A DNA stretch of 64,000 bases from Flaccisagitta enflata (taxonomy: Eukaryota): the NCBI GenBank assembly GCA_965153355.1, contig OZ231126.1, positions 1,240,001-1,304,000 of the forward strand. Reading direction: 5' to 3'. The notes below the pieces were generated by a model that was not told the DNA's origin, did not search any database, and saw only the letters and a list, made by a program, of their open reading frames with translations. Numbering within the stretch: position 1 is the first letter of the stretch; each line of letters opens with the position of its first letter. Position numbers and translations under genes: made by a program. Shown in pieces: positions 1 through 12,403 of this stretch.

Positions 1-450
1 AGTTTGTTCCATTCACAGGCTTGCTCACTTGCTTCGCTCACTCCCTTGTGGGACAGTGGAAATTCTTGAGTATGTGTTCCCGCTGTTATCGCATTTCACA
101 GGTTCATACGCGTTTTTCATTTTCACTAGAAACACGCCCTTATAAGGAAAAAATTAAAAAAAAAAAATAGTCAAAATGCGCCATTTTAGCCTCTTTTTTT
201 GGGTGCTATTCTAGGGGCCCCCTTGTAGAGCCCCCAAATCATCAGTAATGGATTTCCCATCATTTTTAGATAAATTTTACTATTTCCCAGGTACTTTTAG
301 TTTAAGTTTTAGTTACTTTTACTTTTACTTTTACTTTAGTTACTTTTACTTTTACAGTTACTTTTAGTTTTAGTTTCATTCTTACAGCCTTGAAAATACT
401 TGTTTTTTTTTTCATTTACCAGGACATTTTTGATTGGAATGACTAAGTCA

Positions 451-606
451 TTTTTAGTTGCGGACACGCAACTCTATAAGAGGCTTTGTCCGTCCATCGG
501 TTGGTTGGTTGGTTGGTCCGTCACGCTCAAGTTGAAAAGTGGGAAAACGCGCATTTCTGCCCCTGCCCACCCGTCCGCAACTGATGGCCGTGTATCCGGC
601 CTTGTT
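451..606 (+). mobile_element. Helentron-associated (HINE/DINE-1-like) short element, family A
   Basis: T-run, 5' palindrome agttgcg-gaca-cgcaact, GTCC/GGTT microsatellite, 3' subterminal inverted copy gtccgcaact, stem-loop ggccg-tgtatc-cggcc, T-run. Confidence 0.7.
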
Positions 607-1419
607 TTTAAACATCTGCTGAAATTTTTTCTGGGGCCTCTTTATATACATCATGAGTAACCATTTACGGAAAAAAAGATTCAATTACCTTGAAATAGTG
701 TCTAAATGTGAGAAAACTCAAAAATTGGCTTATTTTGGGGCGAATTTTGTTTGAGCATAATTTTTCCATGAAGCTGTTCAAAAGTGGCCAAGAAATTTTG
801 CAGGAAGCTATTTACATGAAATGAGAATTTCCATTTCAAATTTTTTAGGAATCCAAGCATTTTTGGACGCGCAGTGAATAAAAAAATGATATCTTTATGT
901 TTTATGGGCCCTTTTTGGGCCTTTTTAGGTACCCCAACCATCACCTACCATCATGATTCTCTTTCCATCAGTCTCTTACATCATGAAGTATAGCCCAAAA
1001 AAATTTGGAAGGATTGGGTCTCTTTAAATAAGAAATTTTTACAAAAAATAGCCAAAATAGGTCATTTTTAGCTTTTTTTGGGGGGTGTTTCCAGGGGCCA
1101 CCTTGTAGAGCCCCCAAACCACCAGTAATGGATTCCCCATGCATTTTCTTTTTAATATGTCTATTTTCCAGGTACTTTTAGTATAATTTTTCAGTTCTAC
1201 AGCCTTGAAGTTAAAAAATTGTGTTTTTTTTTTTCATTTACCAGGTCATTTTGAACTGTAATAACGCGGCCATTTTTTGGAAATATCTGCTGAAATTTTT
1301 TCTGGGATCTCTCAAGATGCATGACTAACCATTTTCAAAAAAAAATTGGATTCAGGGACCTTGAAATAGTGTTTTCATGTAAGAAAACTAAAAAATTGGT
1401 TTTTTTTTTGATCAAATTT

Positions 1420-2566
1420 GAGGCAGTGACAACCAGCGGTCCACCCTGGTTTCTTTTACTTCCCTTTTCTGTCTCTTCCTACCTCCCAGCATCCTTTCCA
1501 TCCCCTTTACCTCTTCCGCCGCCACTACCTCTGCCTCTACCTACCCTTTGGCATCCTTTCCATCCCCTAAACCTCTTCTGTCGACGACTATACTGCCTCT
1601 ACCTATCCTCATTTATCCTTTCTACCCCTTACACCTCTTCTGCCGCTGCCGCTAGTGCCGCTACCTACCCCAAATCATGCCCCCATACCTCTTCCGTTGC
1701 CGCAGTGCCGCTACCTAACCCAAATTATGCCCCTACTACTCTTCTGCCGCTGCCAGTGCCGCTACCTATCACATATCATGCCCTACACCTCTTCCACTGC
1801 CGCCGCTAGTGCCGCTACCTACCCCATACCATGCCCTACAACTCTCCGCCGCTGCCGCTGGTGCCGTACCCACCTCTTCGCTGCTGCCAGTGCCGCTAGT
1901 GCTGCTAATGTCGCTAGCTGCTACTGATGCTAATTTTTGCCCCTACACTTTCCGCTAGTGCCGCTAGTGCCGCTATTTGCCAAATTTTTGCCCCTACACC
2001 TCCTCCGCCGCTGCAGTGCCGCTAGTGCCGCTAGTGCCGCTACTGAGCTAAATTTTGCCTAAACCCTCCGCCTGCTACTTGCCACATTTTTTTACCCCTA
2101 CCCTCCTCTGCACTGCCGCTAGGTGCCGCTACCCAGGTGCAATGAAGGCGGCAGAAGAGGCTTAGGGTTTAGATCTCTACTCTGCTGCCTCTACCCCCAT
2201 TAACATCTTCCTACACCTCTTCCGCCGCCGCCTCTATTGCCGCTACGTTCAGTAGCGGCAGTAGCGGCAGTAGCGGCAGCGGCGAAAGAGGTCTAGAGGC
2301 ATGATATGCAGCAGGTAGCGGCAATAGCGGCGACGGCGGAAGAGGTAGGTGGATGAAAGGAGCTAGGTAGCGGCAGCAGAGGCGACGGCGGAAGATGTGT
2401 ATGAGTATGGAGGGTGAGAGGTAGCGGAACAAGAGGCGGAGGCAGAGGAGTTAAAGGAGGATGGAAGAAGGAGGGAAGAAGAGGGAGGAGCGGCAATAGA
2501 GGGATTGCTCTTGGGCAGGGTCTGGGGCAGGAATAGGGCCTTTGGACGGCTGACTGTCATAGTCTG
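1420..2566. mobile_element. hAT-like non-autonomous DNA transposon
   Basis: Perfect 8-bp TSD TCAAATTT (1412-1419, 2567-2574); imperfect 24-bp TIRs gaggcagtgacaaccagcggtcca / cagactatgacagtcagccgtcca (rc); GC-rich GCCGCTA repeats that switch strand near 2250; interrupts a host repeat that resumes after it. Confidence 0.8.
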
Positions 2567-4257
2567 TCAAATTTTGTTTTTTGGAGCATAATTTCAACAT
2601 GAAGCTGTTCAAAAGTGGCCACAAAACTTTGCAGGAAGCTTGTTGCATAAAATGAGAAGTTCCATTTCAAATTTTGTAGGAATCCAAGCATTTTTAGACG
2701 CGCAATGAATAAAAAAGTGATATTTCTATGTTTTACGGGCCCTTTTTGGGCCTTTTTAGGTACCCCAACCATCACTTACCATCATGATCATTTTTTTTTC
2801 AGTCTCTTACATCAAGAAGTATTACCACCAAAAAAATTTGGGGGTTGGGGTCTCATAAAGCAAAAAATTTTCAACAAAAATAGCCAAAATAGGCTATTTT
2901 TGGCTGGTTTTTTTGGTGCGTTTCTAGGGGCCCCCTCGTAGGGCCCTAAAAACATCAAAAATGGATTCCTGATGCAATTTTACATAGAAATCACTTTTTT
3001 TTTGCCACCCTCAACGATTTTTTTTTTTACATGCTAGCTGAAGATATGCATGTGAGGGTGAGTCACAGATGCCAGATTGGTCTCAAATTAAAGAAAATTT
3101 TATAAACTTTAATTTGAGACCAATCTGGTATCTGTAACTCGAGCCGTTTAGAAATGAGAACACTTCAAAGAAGAACTTTTAGAATCAAAATTATGATAAG
3201 AAAGTTTTTCCCTGAAATGCTCATTTTACTTCAAATTAATGTTGTGGCCAAGATATTTGACCCAAACCCATGAAATTTTTACACAAAACATCGGAGCTTT
3301 AGTGCTCTTTTAAACTTTTTTCAGAACTATTTTTGCATTTTTAGAAACAGAATGGCATCGTTTTCTTATATCATGAAACACCATGTAGTTAACTTCAAGG
3401 GGCAAAAAGAGGCTTTGGATCAGCTATGACGCAGGTAAAACCATATGTTTTCTTGCTCGGGGTAAGCAACTGTACTAGTTTCAGCCGTTTATATAGGTCA
3501 AAAGTGCCAGCATAATTTTTTTTGTCTTGAGGTGACGCCTTCTGGGAACATAGTGCATCTGTCTGTCCATTTTGCCCCTGGGAAACATTTCTTGGCTGTT
3601 TATCGGGAAAAAAGTCGGTCAGACTTTCATATTCGAGAGAAACATGGTTTTCATTTACTTATGAGAAGGTAGTGCATCTCCACCGACCGAATGTGGCCTC
3701 CAATGAAATTGATAGGGTAATTCTCTTTCATTTGGCGCCAAGCAGAATGCTCTACGGCAAATATTTTGCGTTATAAATTTTTAAAGATTAACTTACAAAT
3801 TTTCAATTTTCATGAGTTTAAGTCGGGTCAATGAAGGAATGTATTCAAAGTTTGTTTAAGCATGCAAATACAAGAAAACATGTTTATGAGCATATCTGCT
3901 CATCTGTGAGGGTGTTTTTGAGCATTTTAGCTCATTTAGCTCAGTCTGTTTTTCTCACTTAAAATGCAATAAAAATGTTTTGATACTTGTTTGAGCATGT
4001 AAATACAAGAAAACATGTCGGTGAGCAGAGCTGCTCATCTGTTTTTGATTATTCTAGCTCATTTAGCTCATTTAGCTCAATTTTTTTCTGATTTTAACTC
4101 AGTCTTTTTTCCGATTGTAACTTAGTCTTTTTTCTGAATTTGAATGGGACAAATGAAAAAATGTTTTCTTGTGAGCTCATTTAGCTCATTTAGCCTATCT
4201 AGGTCAATCTTTTTAATCTTATTTCAAATGTGATCAATAAAACAATATATTCATATA

Positions 4258-4736
4258 CAGTGGAATCCCACCTTAGTGGCACCTCTATTTAAGGGATATC
4301 CGCATTTAAGAGACAACACTCTCTGGTCTTGGATTTTTTCAGGCTTTTCTAATGTTAAAAAACCTCTATTTAAGGAACCTCTATTTAAGGGATATTTGGA
4401 TTTAAGAGACAAGTTTTTGAAAATATCCCTTATATCAGGGGAAATTTTAAGTAAATTCGTTGGATTTTGGAAAAAAATTGAATTTTGAGATAATTCTAAA
4501 AAAAAATTTTTATTGCAAAATGATGAAATATTTCTTGTGCCATTAATATCCCGCCATGAACTAAATTATTCATTGCATACTTAAAGCAAAAGGATGTGGT
4601 TACACTATGAATTTGGTAATCCTTAGTAACTAATATAACAATCCTTGATAAAGTAATGAATTCAATTTAAGGGATTTCGGATTTAAAAGACAAAAATAGT
4701 CAGTCCCTAGAAATCCCTTAAACTGAGGTCCCACTG
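4258..4736. mobile_element. Tc1/mariner-pogo-like MITE
   Basis: TA|cagtggaatcccacctta ... taaactgaggtcccactg|TA; internal cctctatttaaggg repeats. Confidence 0.75.
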
Positions 4737-5247
4737 TATGTTTAACTATGTAAATGGGTTTATGTATTGCTATCTATAATTCTATAGCAATAAAACCTTT
4801 TGCAATTCTGATGTTTTCCCTGTGAGGACAACTGCCATTACTGGCAGTAATCTGCTGTTTGTCCTTGAAAAAAGTTCTGACCAAAGTTGATCTTAAATCG
4901 TAATGGGATAGTTGAGAAAGTTGAGATCCAGAGAGACAGAGAGACAGATTGATGATCAAATAAAACCACAGATGCAAGAACAAAAAATGTTTCAATGACT
5001 GAGGACTACGGACCAAGACCTGGTGGAGAGTGGCCAATGCTTACAACTTTTTTTCCACACGGCGACAGCCGCCATTACTGGTAACATGTACTTTTACTGA
5101 ATCAAACAATCAATAAACAACAAACGCCTGTCCCTTGACCATCTATTCATCACATATGTTAAGCGCAAAGTTTGAGACACGCACAGACAGACACTCAAGC
5201 CGCATCGTTTTTCAATCGGCTCTGTTTATGTTCTAGACTTTATTGAA

Positions 5248-5410
5248 AACAAGGCCGGATACACGGCAATCCAGTCGCGGACGGTTGGGCAGGAGCAGTA
5301 ATACGAAAACCGCTCGGAATTCAAAAATGTGACGGACGGACGGTCCGACATACAGACCAACCGACCGACCGACACGGCAAGGTGTAGAGTCGTGTGTCCG
5401 CGACTAAAAA
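5248..5410 (-). mobile_element. HINE-like family A copy
   Basis: aacaaggccggatacacggc ... gagtcgtgtgtccgcgactaaaaa. Confidence 0.7.
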
Positions 5411-5852
5411 TTTTTGCAACTGAAAAAAGGAAGAAAAAGATAACAGGGCGGAGAGTGAAACGTGACTATGGTCAAATATCATTAGAATCTCAACTACAAT
5501 CTTTTTCGGACGCTCCGTTGATCTGCCTGAGTTACTACCTTTCACTTCGACTGTCTGAGTTTCTTACATGTATTCTGTTTGTCTGTCTGTTCGGTATTAT
5601 CATTGCTAGCATTTTTAGTTTTGTTTTGTCCGTCGATTTATTGGTCTGTCCATCAGTATGTCCATTTCACCATCTGTCCGTCAAATCTGTAAAGTACAGA
5701 TTTCTGGGTCATCATAGTTACATACGTTATAAGAGGTAATCATAGGTGATCATGGTTGTACATAGGTAATTATAGGTATTTATGGGTTATTAAAGGTAAA
5801 TGATACTCACGTTTTAGTTGATCCTAGGTAGTAACAGGTAATCATAAGTTAC

Positions 5853-6136
5853 CAGGGGGTGTATATAATTGAGTCGCTTTTGATATCCACCCCCTCCTGC
5901 CTTTGATTTTCTTCCCCGCGATGCTTCGCATCGCGTTTCGAAATCAATGATTCTCTAGATCTCTTCCCCATGTAGCAGAAAAACAATGTAGTTAAGGTTT
6001 AAATAGTGTTACATTGTGTTTCACTGACTTTTTATTATGATTTGGTACTGCAAAAAGATATATTTCCCCCAAATTTTCCTTTTCCTCTTTTTCCCCCCTT
6101 TGATTACCTTCCTCATCTCAATCATATACAGGTCTG
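5853..6136. mobile_element. hAT-like MITE (second copy at 54429-54725)
   Basis: cagggggtgtatat ... atatacaggtctg ends; 8-bp TSD taagttac/taagtaac (1 mismatch); shares internal sequence with 54429-54725. Confidence 0.7.
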
Positions 6137-6230
6137 TAAGTAACCAAAGGTAATTACTAAATAAAAGCATTTCTGATGAATATCACTTTTTTAACTGTGA
6201 CAATTCCGAGATCTTAAAATTTTAACACGC

Positions 6231-6316
<86 letters not shown>

Positions 6317-7200
6317 GGTTATCACTGAGACGTGTTGTTCAAATTTGAAGAAACTTCGAAATGAACAGCATTTTGGATTTTATCTCACGCCTTGTTCTCT
6401 CCTGTCTACTTCAATCTCGGCCACAGACTAGACCAAAACACCAAACTGTAACGATAGATTTTGGTAATCATGCTGGAAATAATGAATTGTATGGAATTTC
6501 CATCTTAAACAATGGCATTTCCGATCACAAGGTAAATTATAACTGTTGATTGTGAACTCGAATTTGTTATTTTATAACGGGTCACCAACATTTTTTCATG
6601 TCTAAAATGATCCAACAAGCTGTCCAACTCATAGCAAACCCTCCATGAGAGGCTCTATTTGTTGGTCCATCGGTCGATCGGTGGGTCCGTCAGTTTGACC
6701 CTCGAGCTCGAATGGAAAACCACAGAAAATTTTTGAAACTCGTCTCGTTCATCATTTATGTTCCTCATTATGATATCCCATTTTCGTAATCAGCTTTGTT
6801 CAAGTCTGATAGAGCTAGGGTGGGTAGTGGGTACCGCTGAACCCCGCACCATCGGAATTCCGCCTATATTTGATGCAGATTTATACTGCCCTCAGAATCC
6901 ATCTATGATTATAACCAAAAAAAAAATATCTATTAGTCCCTTGAAATCAGTTTGAGCTGCTTTTAACTGTATGATAGATCTCGGAATTGGGATAGGGGCA
7001 TTGAAATAGGGATGGGTAAATAAATTAATGACGCCAGGCGCACCGTCTTGGCCCGTGTTTTCGCTTTCCGCCCTTCTTCATTTCCCAAATGGTTACCCAG
7101 AACGTTTAATGAATTTATCAGGAACCCGGTTAACGGAATAAAAATCCTCTCGGCGACAAGAATTATCGAGGAAAATAACGACCCGGCAGTGTACAATTGC

Positions 7201-9396
7201 ATGTTTGGACAATCAAAGCGAAACATCATCACTCTGACGCAGAATCTGAGGCATCCGGAAAACGTCATCGTCGTCACAAAAAGAACGCATGATGAATTCC
7301 GTCTTAGTTCTGCCCACCGCCGCATTCCTTCATTATCACCATTCCCCGGCGAAAAACTGCGGTGCGACTTTCTTAGCGAGGCGTTGAGCGAGATCAATAA
7401 CATCTTGAAAACCAGCCCAGTCTCGACAGGAGTCTCGATAGTGCTCGATGAAGGAATTTCATTTCTCACCGATTGGACTAACTTTGTCACAACGGTAGAA
7501 AATAAACACGTCTCCATCGAAATAGCCGGCGTTGCGTTGATAGATGGTGTGCCATTGGTCACTCTAATATGCGCCGACCATTTCCAAATCGTCGGCGATA
7601 AGAAAATTGATCTCTATCTGCGGAGTTTGGCGATCGTACGAGATGACTTATCAGATCGCGGCCCGCCATTGTTTGAAATCACTAATGGCAGTCGTGTTCG
7701 TTTAGAAGACATCCGGTTTGCCCAATCGAGGAGAACCTGCCTTGAGTTGACACATGAAGAAGCCGAAGTAGAGATGGAGAAATGCTTCTGGTCTCGATGC
7801 ATGAAAATTTGCAATGTTAACAAAGGCGCTTTGGTCATGACCACATGTCGCGTCGACGCAGACCCATTCTCAATGACGATTGGGGAAGTAAAAAATGGGA
7901 AAATCACCGTTAGGAAGACTTCCTTTTTCAACGCGATAATGTTGTTAGTAGCTAGGAGTGAGGGAGTTTTCGATGGTTGCGAATTTGTCGGACCCAAAAA
8001 CGGTGGGTTGACGAGTGGACCAACCGGTGACGACACCAGACCATTAGAAATCCGCGCCAAAAGCAGAGTTGCCATTACTGCATCCAGTTTCCACAATTTC
8101 TGCAAGGCCATCAAGATAGAAAAACAATCAACGGTTGAACTGAAGAATTGTCTCATCATGAACTGTGTTGTGGGCGTTGAGAGTTGGTTTTTGAACGACA
8201 TCTCTATCAACGAGAGCGAGTTCCTCCTCTGTCCATTGTTGTTAGTGATGTCTTTCGGTCCAAAAGGCAAGATATCGTGTGGGCAAAACAAGTTCCAAAA
8301 TGGCAAACCTAGGATCATGATCGATACAATTTCCAAAGACAACTTGGAAACTCAGCTGGACACTGACCAGTTTGAAATCGTTCTTCACGAATATTACGAT
8401 ACGCTCCCCCATAAGAAGCACAGGGCCAATCTGTCAATCCATCGGGAATCAAACCCAAACTGTCGGAGAGAATGTTGCGCCAGTGCCAAGAGAGTGCAGG
8501 CGAGCGTAGCATGTGCATTCTGCACAATCATTGAAAGACTTGAGTATGCCAAACGCGAAAGCAAGAGGGGGATATCAACAGCTGAATGGAGACGAAAAGA
8601 TGCATTCGAGGAGGCAGTGCAAGTTGATGACCCTTCATCCGAAACCAAAACTCACTCCTCTAATCAGAGCAAAAAGTGGAAAGGCAAAGGCAAAGAGAGG
8701 GCTATGAGCAAAAATCGATCAAAGCCAACTAAAGCGAGTGATAATATCAGTCAAGCAGGAAAACAAGATGTTCAGCCAAACTCAAGCACAACCGATGATG
8801 TGATTGGTGCTTTAGATGGCTTGTCTTTAGTTGGAGCAACCAAAACAGACCGAAACAAACCAAACAAAGATGAAGAGGAAGTTCAGCCAAAGAATGGTGG
8901 TGGAGAAAAAAGAGCCGCCAGTGCGGCAGCAATGAGTGAAGAAGTAGCCAATGAAGATGACGATTCCGTATACGCGGGTGCCGTTGGTGGAAAGGTGAAA
9001 GGTAATCCAAACTCAGAGGAAGTCAAAGAAACATACAGAAGTGAATCATGTGACAACCTGGTAAATTACATTCTTCCCATCCTAGTTGGAGAACAAAAAT
9101 CAGGTGAACCTGACGATCTCGCAGACTTCAAACCATCCGCCATTGATGCAGACGTTGATCATCCAGTAAACGTTGATCTGCCTGTCCATGAGGAAGCCAG
9201 TCATCATCCCCACGCCCAGACAGCTGAGGCTACATCGAGCGAAAGAGCGACCATGCCTATCAAGAACGAAACTGAACGTTTTGAACGATTTAGATACTGC
9301 GCAGGATGTAAAGTTGTTTGTTACTGCTCTCATAAATGCCAAAAAGATGATTGGCCCAGTCACAAACTCATTTGTTCTATTCTAAAATCACCTTGA
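7201..9396 (+). CDS. Uninterrupted 731-aa ORF: putative right-handed parallel beta-helix (pectin lyase-like) region plus C-terminal MYND-type zinc finger
   Basis: Open frame 7048-9396, first in-frame ATG at 7201. Repeating beta-helix-like segments (SRVRLEDIRF, VEMEKCFW, LVMTTCRV, ITVRKTSF, VFDGCEF, VAITASSF, VELKNCLI, ISINESEF). C-terminus CAGCKVVCYCSHKCQKDDWPSHKLIC matches the MYND consensus CxxCx4YCx3CQx3WxxHx3C. The true start could lie in an upstream exon. Confidence 0.8.
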   Translation: MFGQSKRNIITLTQNLRHPENVIVVTKRTHDEFRLSSAHRRIPSLSPFPGEKLRCDFLSEALSEINNILKTSPVSTGVSIVLDEGISFLTDWTNFVTTVENKHVSIEIAGVALIDGVPLVTLICADHFQIVGDKKIDLYLRSLAIVRDDLSDRGPPLFEITNGSRVRLEDIRFAQSRRTCLELTHEEAEVEMEKCFWSRCMKICNVNKGALVMTTCRVDADPFSMTIGEVKNGKITVRKTSFFNAIMLLVARSEGVFDGCEFVGPKNGGLTSGPTGDDTRPLEIRAKSRVAITASSFHNFCKAIKIEKQSTVELKNCLIMNCVVGVESWFLNDISINESEFLLCPLLLVMSFGPKGKISCGQNKFQNGKPRIMIDTISKDNLETQLDTDQFEIVLHEYYDTLPHKKHRANLSIHRESNPNCRRECCASAKRVQASVACAFCTIIERLEYAKRESKRGISTAEWRRKDAFEEAVQVDDPSSETKTHSSNQSKKWKGKGKERAMSKNRSKPTKASDNISQAGKQDVQPNSSTTDDVIGALDGLSLVGATKTDRNKPNKDEEEVQPKNGGGEKRAASAAAMSEEVANEDDDSVYAGAVGGKVKGNPNSEEVKETYRSESCDNLVNYILPILVGEQKSGEPDDLADFKPSAIDADVDHPVNVDLPVHEEASHHPHAQTAEATSSERATMPIKNETERFERFRYCAGCKVVCYCSHKCQKDDWPSHKLICSILKSP

Positions 9397-9742
9397 TTTA
9401 AGGAGAATATACCACCGAGCGTAATCTTAATATTTTTTCAAAAAATATACAAAAGGCCACATCTACTTATCTACTTATGAATCACTTGTGGTGAACAGGC
9501 AGGTTCTTTGAAGGCAATACAGTATGATCCATCTCTTTTGAAACATTTTATGACTAATAACACCCCTGACATAACTAACACCTGTGCAAGTATTATTGTC
9601 ACTAAAGCAATGTGCTCTCAAATTTCAATGTAAACATATGGAAAAATTTTGATTACACCACTATTTAGTTTGAAAAGCTCTTTATCATGATCATGAATAT
9701 CATCAAGATCAATAGAAGCAATACCAAAATATCTGTATTTTA

Positions 9743-10501
9743 CAGGGGCTTCAACCTCATTTGACACAAAAAGAACCTGTGCAAAAATAAATCAATATTT
9801 TGGTTTGATTTTTTTTTTCATAAAAGCACTATATATGATGTTTTGTGTGTCCAAATTTCATGCTACTGGGTTGATTAGCTTCGGAGATATCCCATTTTTA
9901 AGAGTAAGATGTCATAATGAAATGGGCGGTTCTGTTTGACTTTGACATTTGAACCTTTCATCTTTAAACTGCTCTCATTTTAAAACGCTTTGAGCTGCAT
10001 ATGTGAGATTGGTCTAGAATTGCAGATAATTTCATCTAGTTTTTGTATGTGAAAAAAAGAGTTCTTTGAAATCTCATCATGTTCAGCCATTTTACTTTTT
10101 TTGGAAAAAAACTCGATCGTGGTAAGTTTTTGTAAGAATTTTGCCCAGATTTTGAAAGTTTTTGCCTCAAATTCAAAGTTATATGACAAAACCTGACTAT
10201 TTCTAACTTTTTGGTGTTAGTATCTATCACTTGACTGTAATCAAGCATCTGTGATTCAGATCACTTTGAATTTTAGGCATTTTCTAAGTCAAAAGTAGCC
10301 AGAAAACAACATTTTTTGTTGAATTCACTGCACAGCTTCAAATTTGGATTGCTGCCAAACTACAAGACCCAGTCCCATGAAATTTTGATACAAAAAACAT
10401 CGTACATAGTGCTTTTACGAGAAAAAAAAATCACTCTGAAAGATGAATTAGTTTTTGCGCAATATAGGTTCTTTTCGTGTCAAATGAGATTGAAGACCCT
10501 G
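9743..10501. mobile_element. Tc1/mariner-like MITE with long TIRs
   Basis: TA|caggggcttcaacctcatttgacacaaaaagaacct vs rc cagggtcttcaatctcatttgacacgaaaagaacct|TA; inverted similarity extends beyond 120 bp. Confidence 0.8.
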
Positions 10502-12157
10502 TAGTAAAAACATTGACACTGATGAACACTGAAAAATACCAAAATTATCCCATCATCTTTCAAAGTCTGTAAAACTGGAACAAAAACAAATTATGACATG
10601 CGGATTTCACGACTGAAAAGATCTTGAAAAATTCTTTAATTTGCTCATGGATTTTGTTTGAATTTGTGAAAATGAATATTGACAAAATCTTTCCAAAGAT
10701 TTTAAAGAAGAGGGATGATGAAATATTCTTTTTTTTATGATCTTAAACCTTCTTTGTGTGATAAGGATCAGACTTTGGTAGATAAGTCTGGGAAATAGTT
10801 TTTCATAAAATACCAAACAATCATACCGGTATGCTTGGTTTTAAGCAATGGCGTCAAGAAATGATACGATCGAGATGGATCATTCTGTTTTTGGATCGAA
10901 ATTTTACGTTCTTCCGCCAAGTAACCATAAACACTATGTGGCACTTGGGAAGGAAACACAATGGTGAAGTGTATGTGAGCATTCTTTTGTCCATAGAAAG
11001 TATAATTGTCGTGCGGGTTCTTGATCAGATATCGGCCTCTGCTTGTTTGAGATTATCATGATTATGAAATTAAGTGCGCATGGTTACATGGCTATCTAAG
11101 AAATCATTTTCGGGCCCCATGGGCAACCGCCCTGATGGTGAATGGATTTCGCTACCTGAACTTGATTGAACAGGCTGTAAATGACAATTCTGATGAATAT
11201 TGACTTTTTACTCATTTCATTAACTCTGGTGTTTGCTGTCGTCATATTTTATTGGCTATTCATATCAAAGTCTGTAAGTTGTACACAAGCTGTATGCAAG
11301 AAATCTAACCAGAAAAGCAAATTTTAATATGGTTTTGTTCTTGTGATATTTGCCCGCGAGCCTAATTAAGTCATTGAACAAGCAAATATTCACTGAAACC
11401 ATCATGCACAATTGATAAAACTGCTTTCAGGATAAAGACGCTTTGTAAAAATTCAACCACACATGTTATCGAGGATGCATAAAACTTAGCAAAGGTAGTT
11501 AGAATGATTAGTTCTCCTAGACAGCAATAAACGCGAAACAATCAGATGGTCAGCGGTACCCGTTTGGCCATTGCCCCTTAGTGCATGACATGTTCAACAG
11601 AAATTAAAGAAATATACCATGCAGTTTAAAAGATTAATTGTCAAAAGATTGAAAAAGTTACTTTATCTCTGTACAATCTGTATAATGTAATCCATTCTTT
11701 TTTCGTTAGGTAATGGCATTAGTCTGAGTGGAATCTTTGCCCATTCCAGTTTCACAATCCCTATGTGAAATTGCATTTTTGCAGAACTGGGATTGGTCTA
11801 GATTGAAAGAATTTTTGAAAATATTTCAAAATGTCTCAAAAAAGCAAGAAAAACGTATTTCTTGTTGGCCAATCATGAGGAAATCCAAATTTCAGCACAC
11901 TAGGCCGACTAGGAGTATGCTTTTCATATCTTTTTTATGTGTGTTTGTTTTTTGCCTGAATTTGGCGCATCTGTCTGGAGGCCTGGTATGTCATCACTTC
12001 AAAATGCCAGTAGAAGCTTTACAAATCGCCTCCCTGACAAATGGCGGCCATAATTCAGCTAGAAGGAGCTAACACCAATGATCGATAGATTTGTAATTCG
12101 CTGGTATTTGTTATTGAGTCAATAAATTGATTGAATTCAGTGATGGGAACATTTCTA

Positions 12158-12403
12158 TTTTTGGTTGCGGACACGCAACTCTATAAGAGGCTTTGTCCGT
12201 CCGTCCGTCCGTCCATCCGTCCGTCCGTCCATCCGTCCGTCCGTCCGTCCGTCCGTCCGTCCGTCCGTCCGTCCGTCCGTCCGTCCGTCCGTCCGTCCGT
12301 CCGTCCGTCCGTCCGTCCGTAACCATTGGGTCGAAAAGTGGGAAAACGCGCATATCCGCCCCTGCCCACCCGTCCGCAACTGATGGCCGTGTATCCGGCC
12401 TTT
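12158..12403 (+). mobile_element. HINE-like family A copy with expanded (GTCC)n
   Basis: Same ends as 451-606; (GTCC)n about 12196-12320. Confidence 0.72.

Larger units (their letters stand above)
165..2990. repeat. Long (about 0.7-0.9 kb) direct repeat, about 2.3 copies, interrupted by a HINE and a hAT element
   Basis: aaaaatagycaaaat..ctaggggcccc at about 165, 1045 and 2878; gagcataattt..catgaagctgttcaaaagtggcca at about 753 and 2584. Confidence 0.7.

Noticed and set aside
1321-2648. Pro/Leu/Ala-rich ORFs
   Set aside because: Arise from the GC-rich internal repeats of the hAT-like element.
6427-6531. Possible exon (ccacag|...AAG|gtaaat) of TRPC or the MYND gene
   Set aside because: Translation shows no TRPC similarity and no convincing partner acceptor was found.
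7048-7200. TTG start of the 782-aa ORF
   Set aside because: Eukaryotic locus; the first in-frame ATG is at 7201.
6963-8342. Minus-strand ORFs of 199 and 242 aa
   Set aside because: Antisense shadows of the 7201-9396 gene; no motifs.
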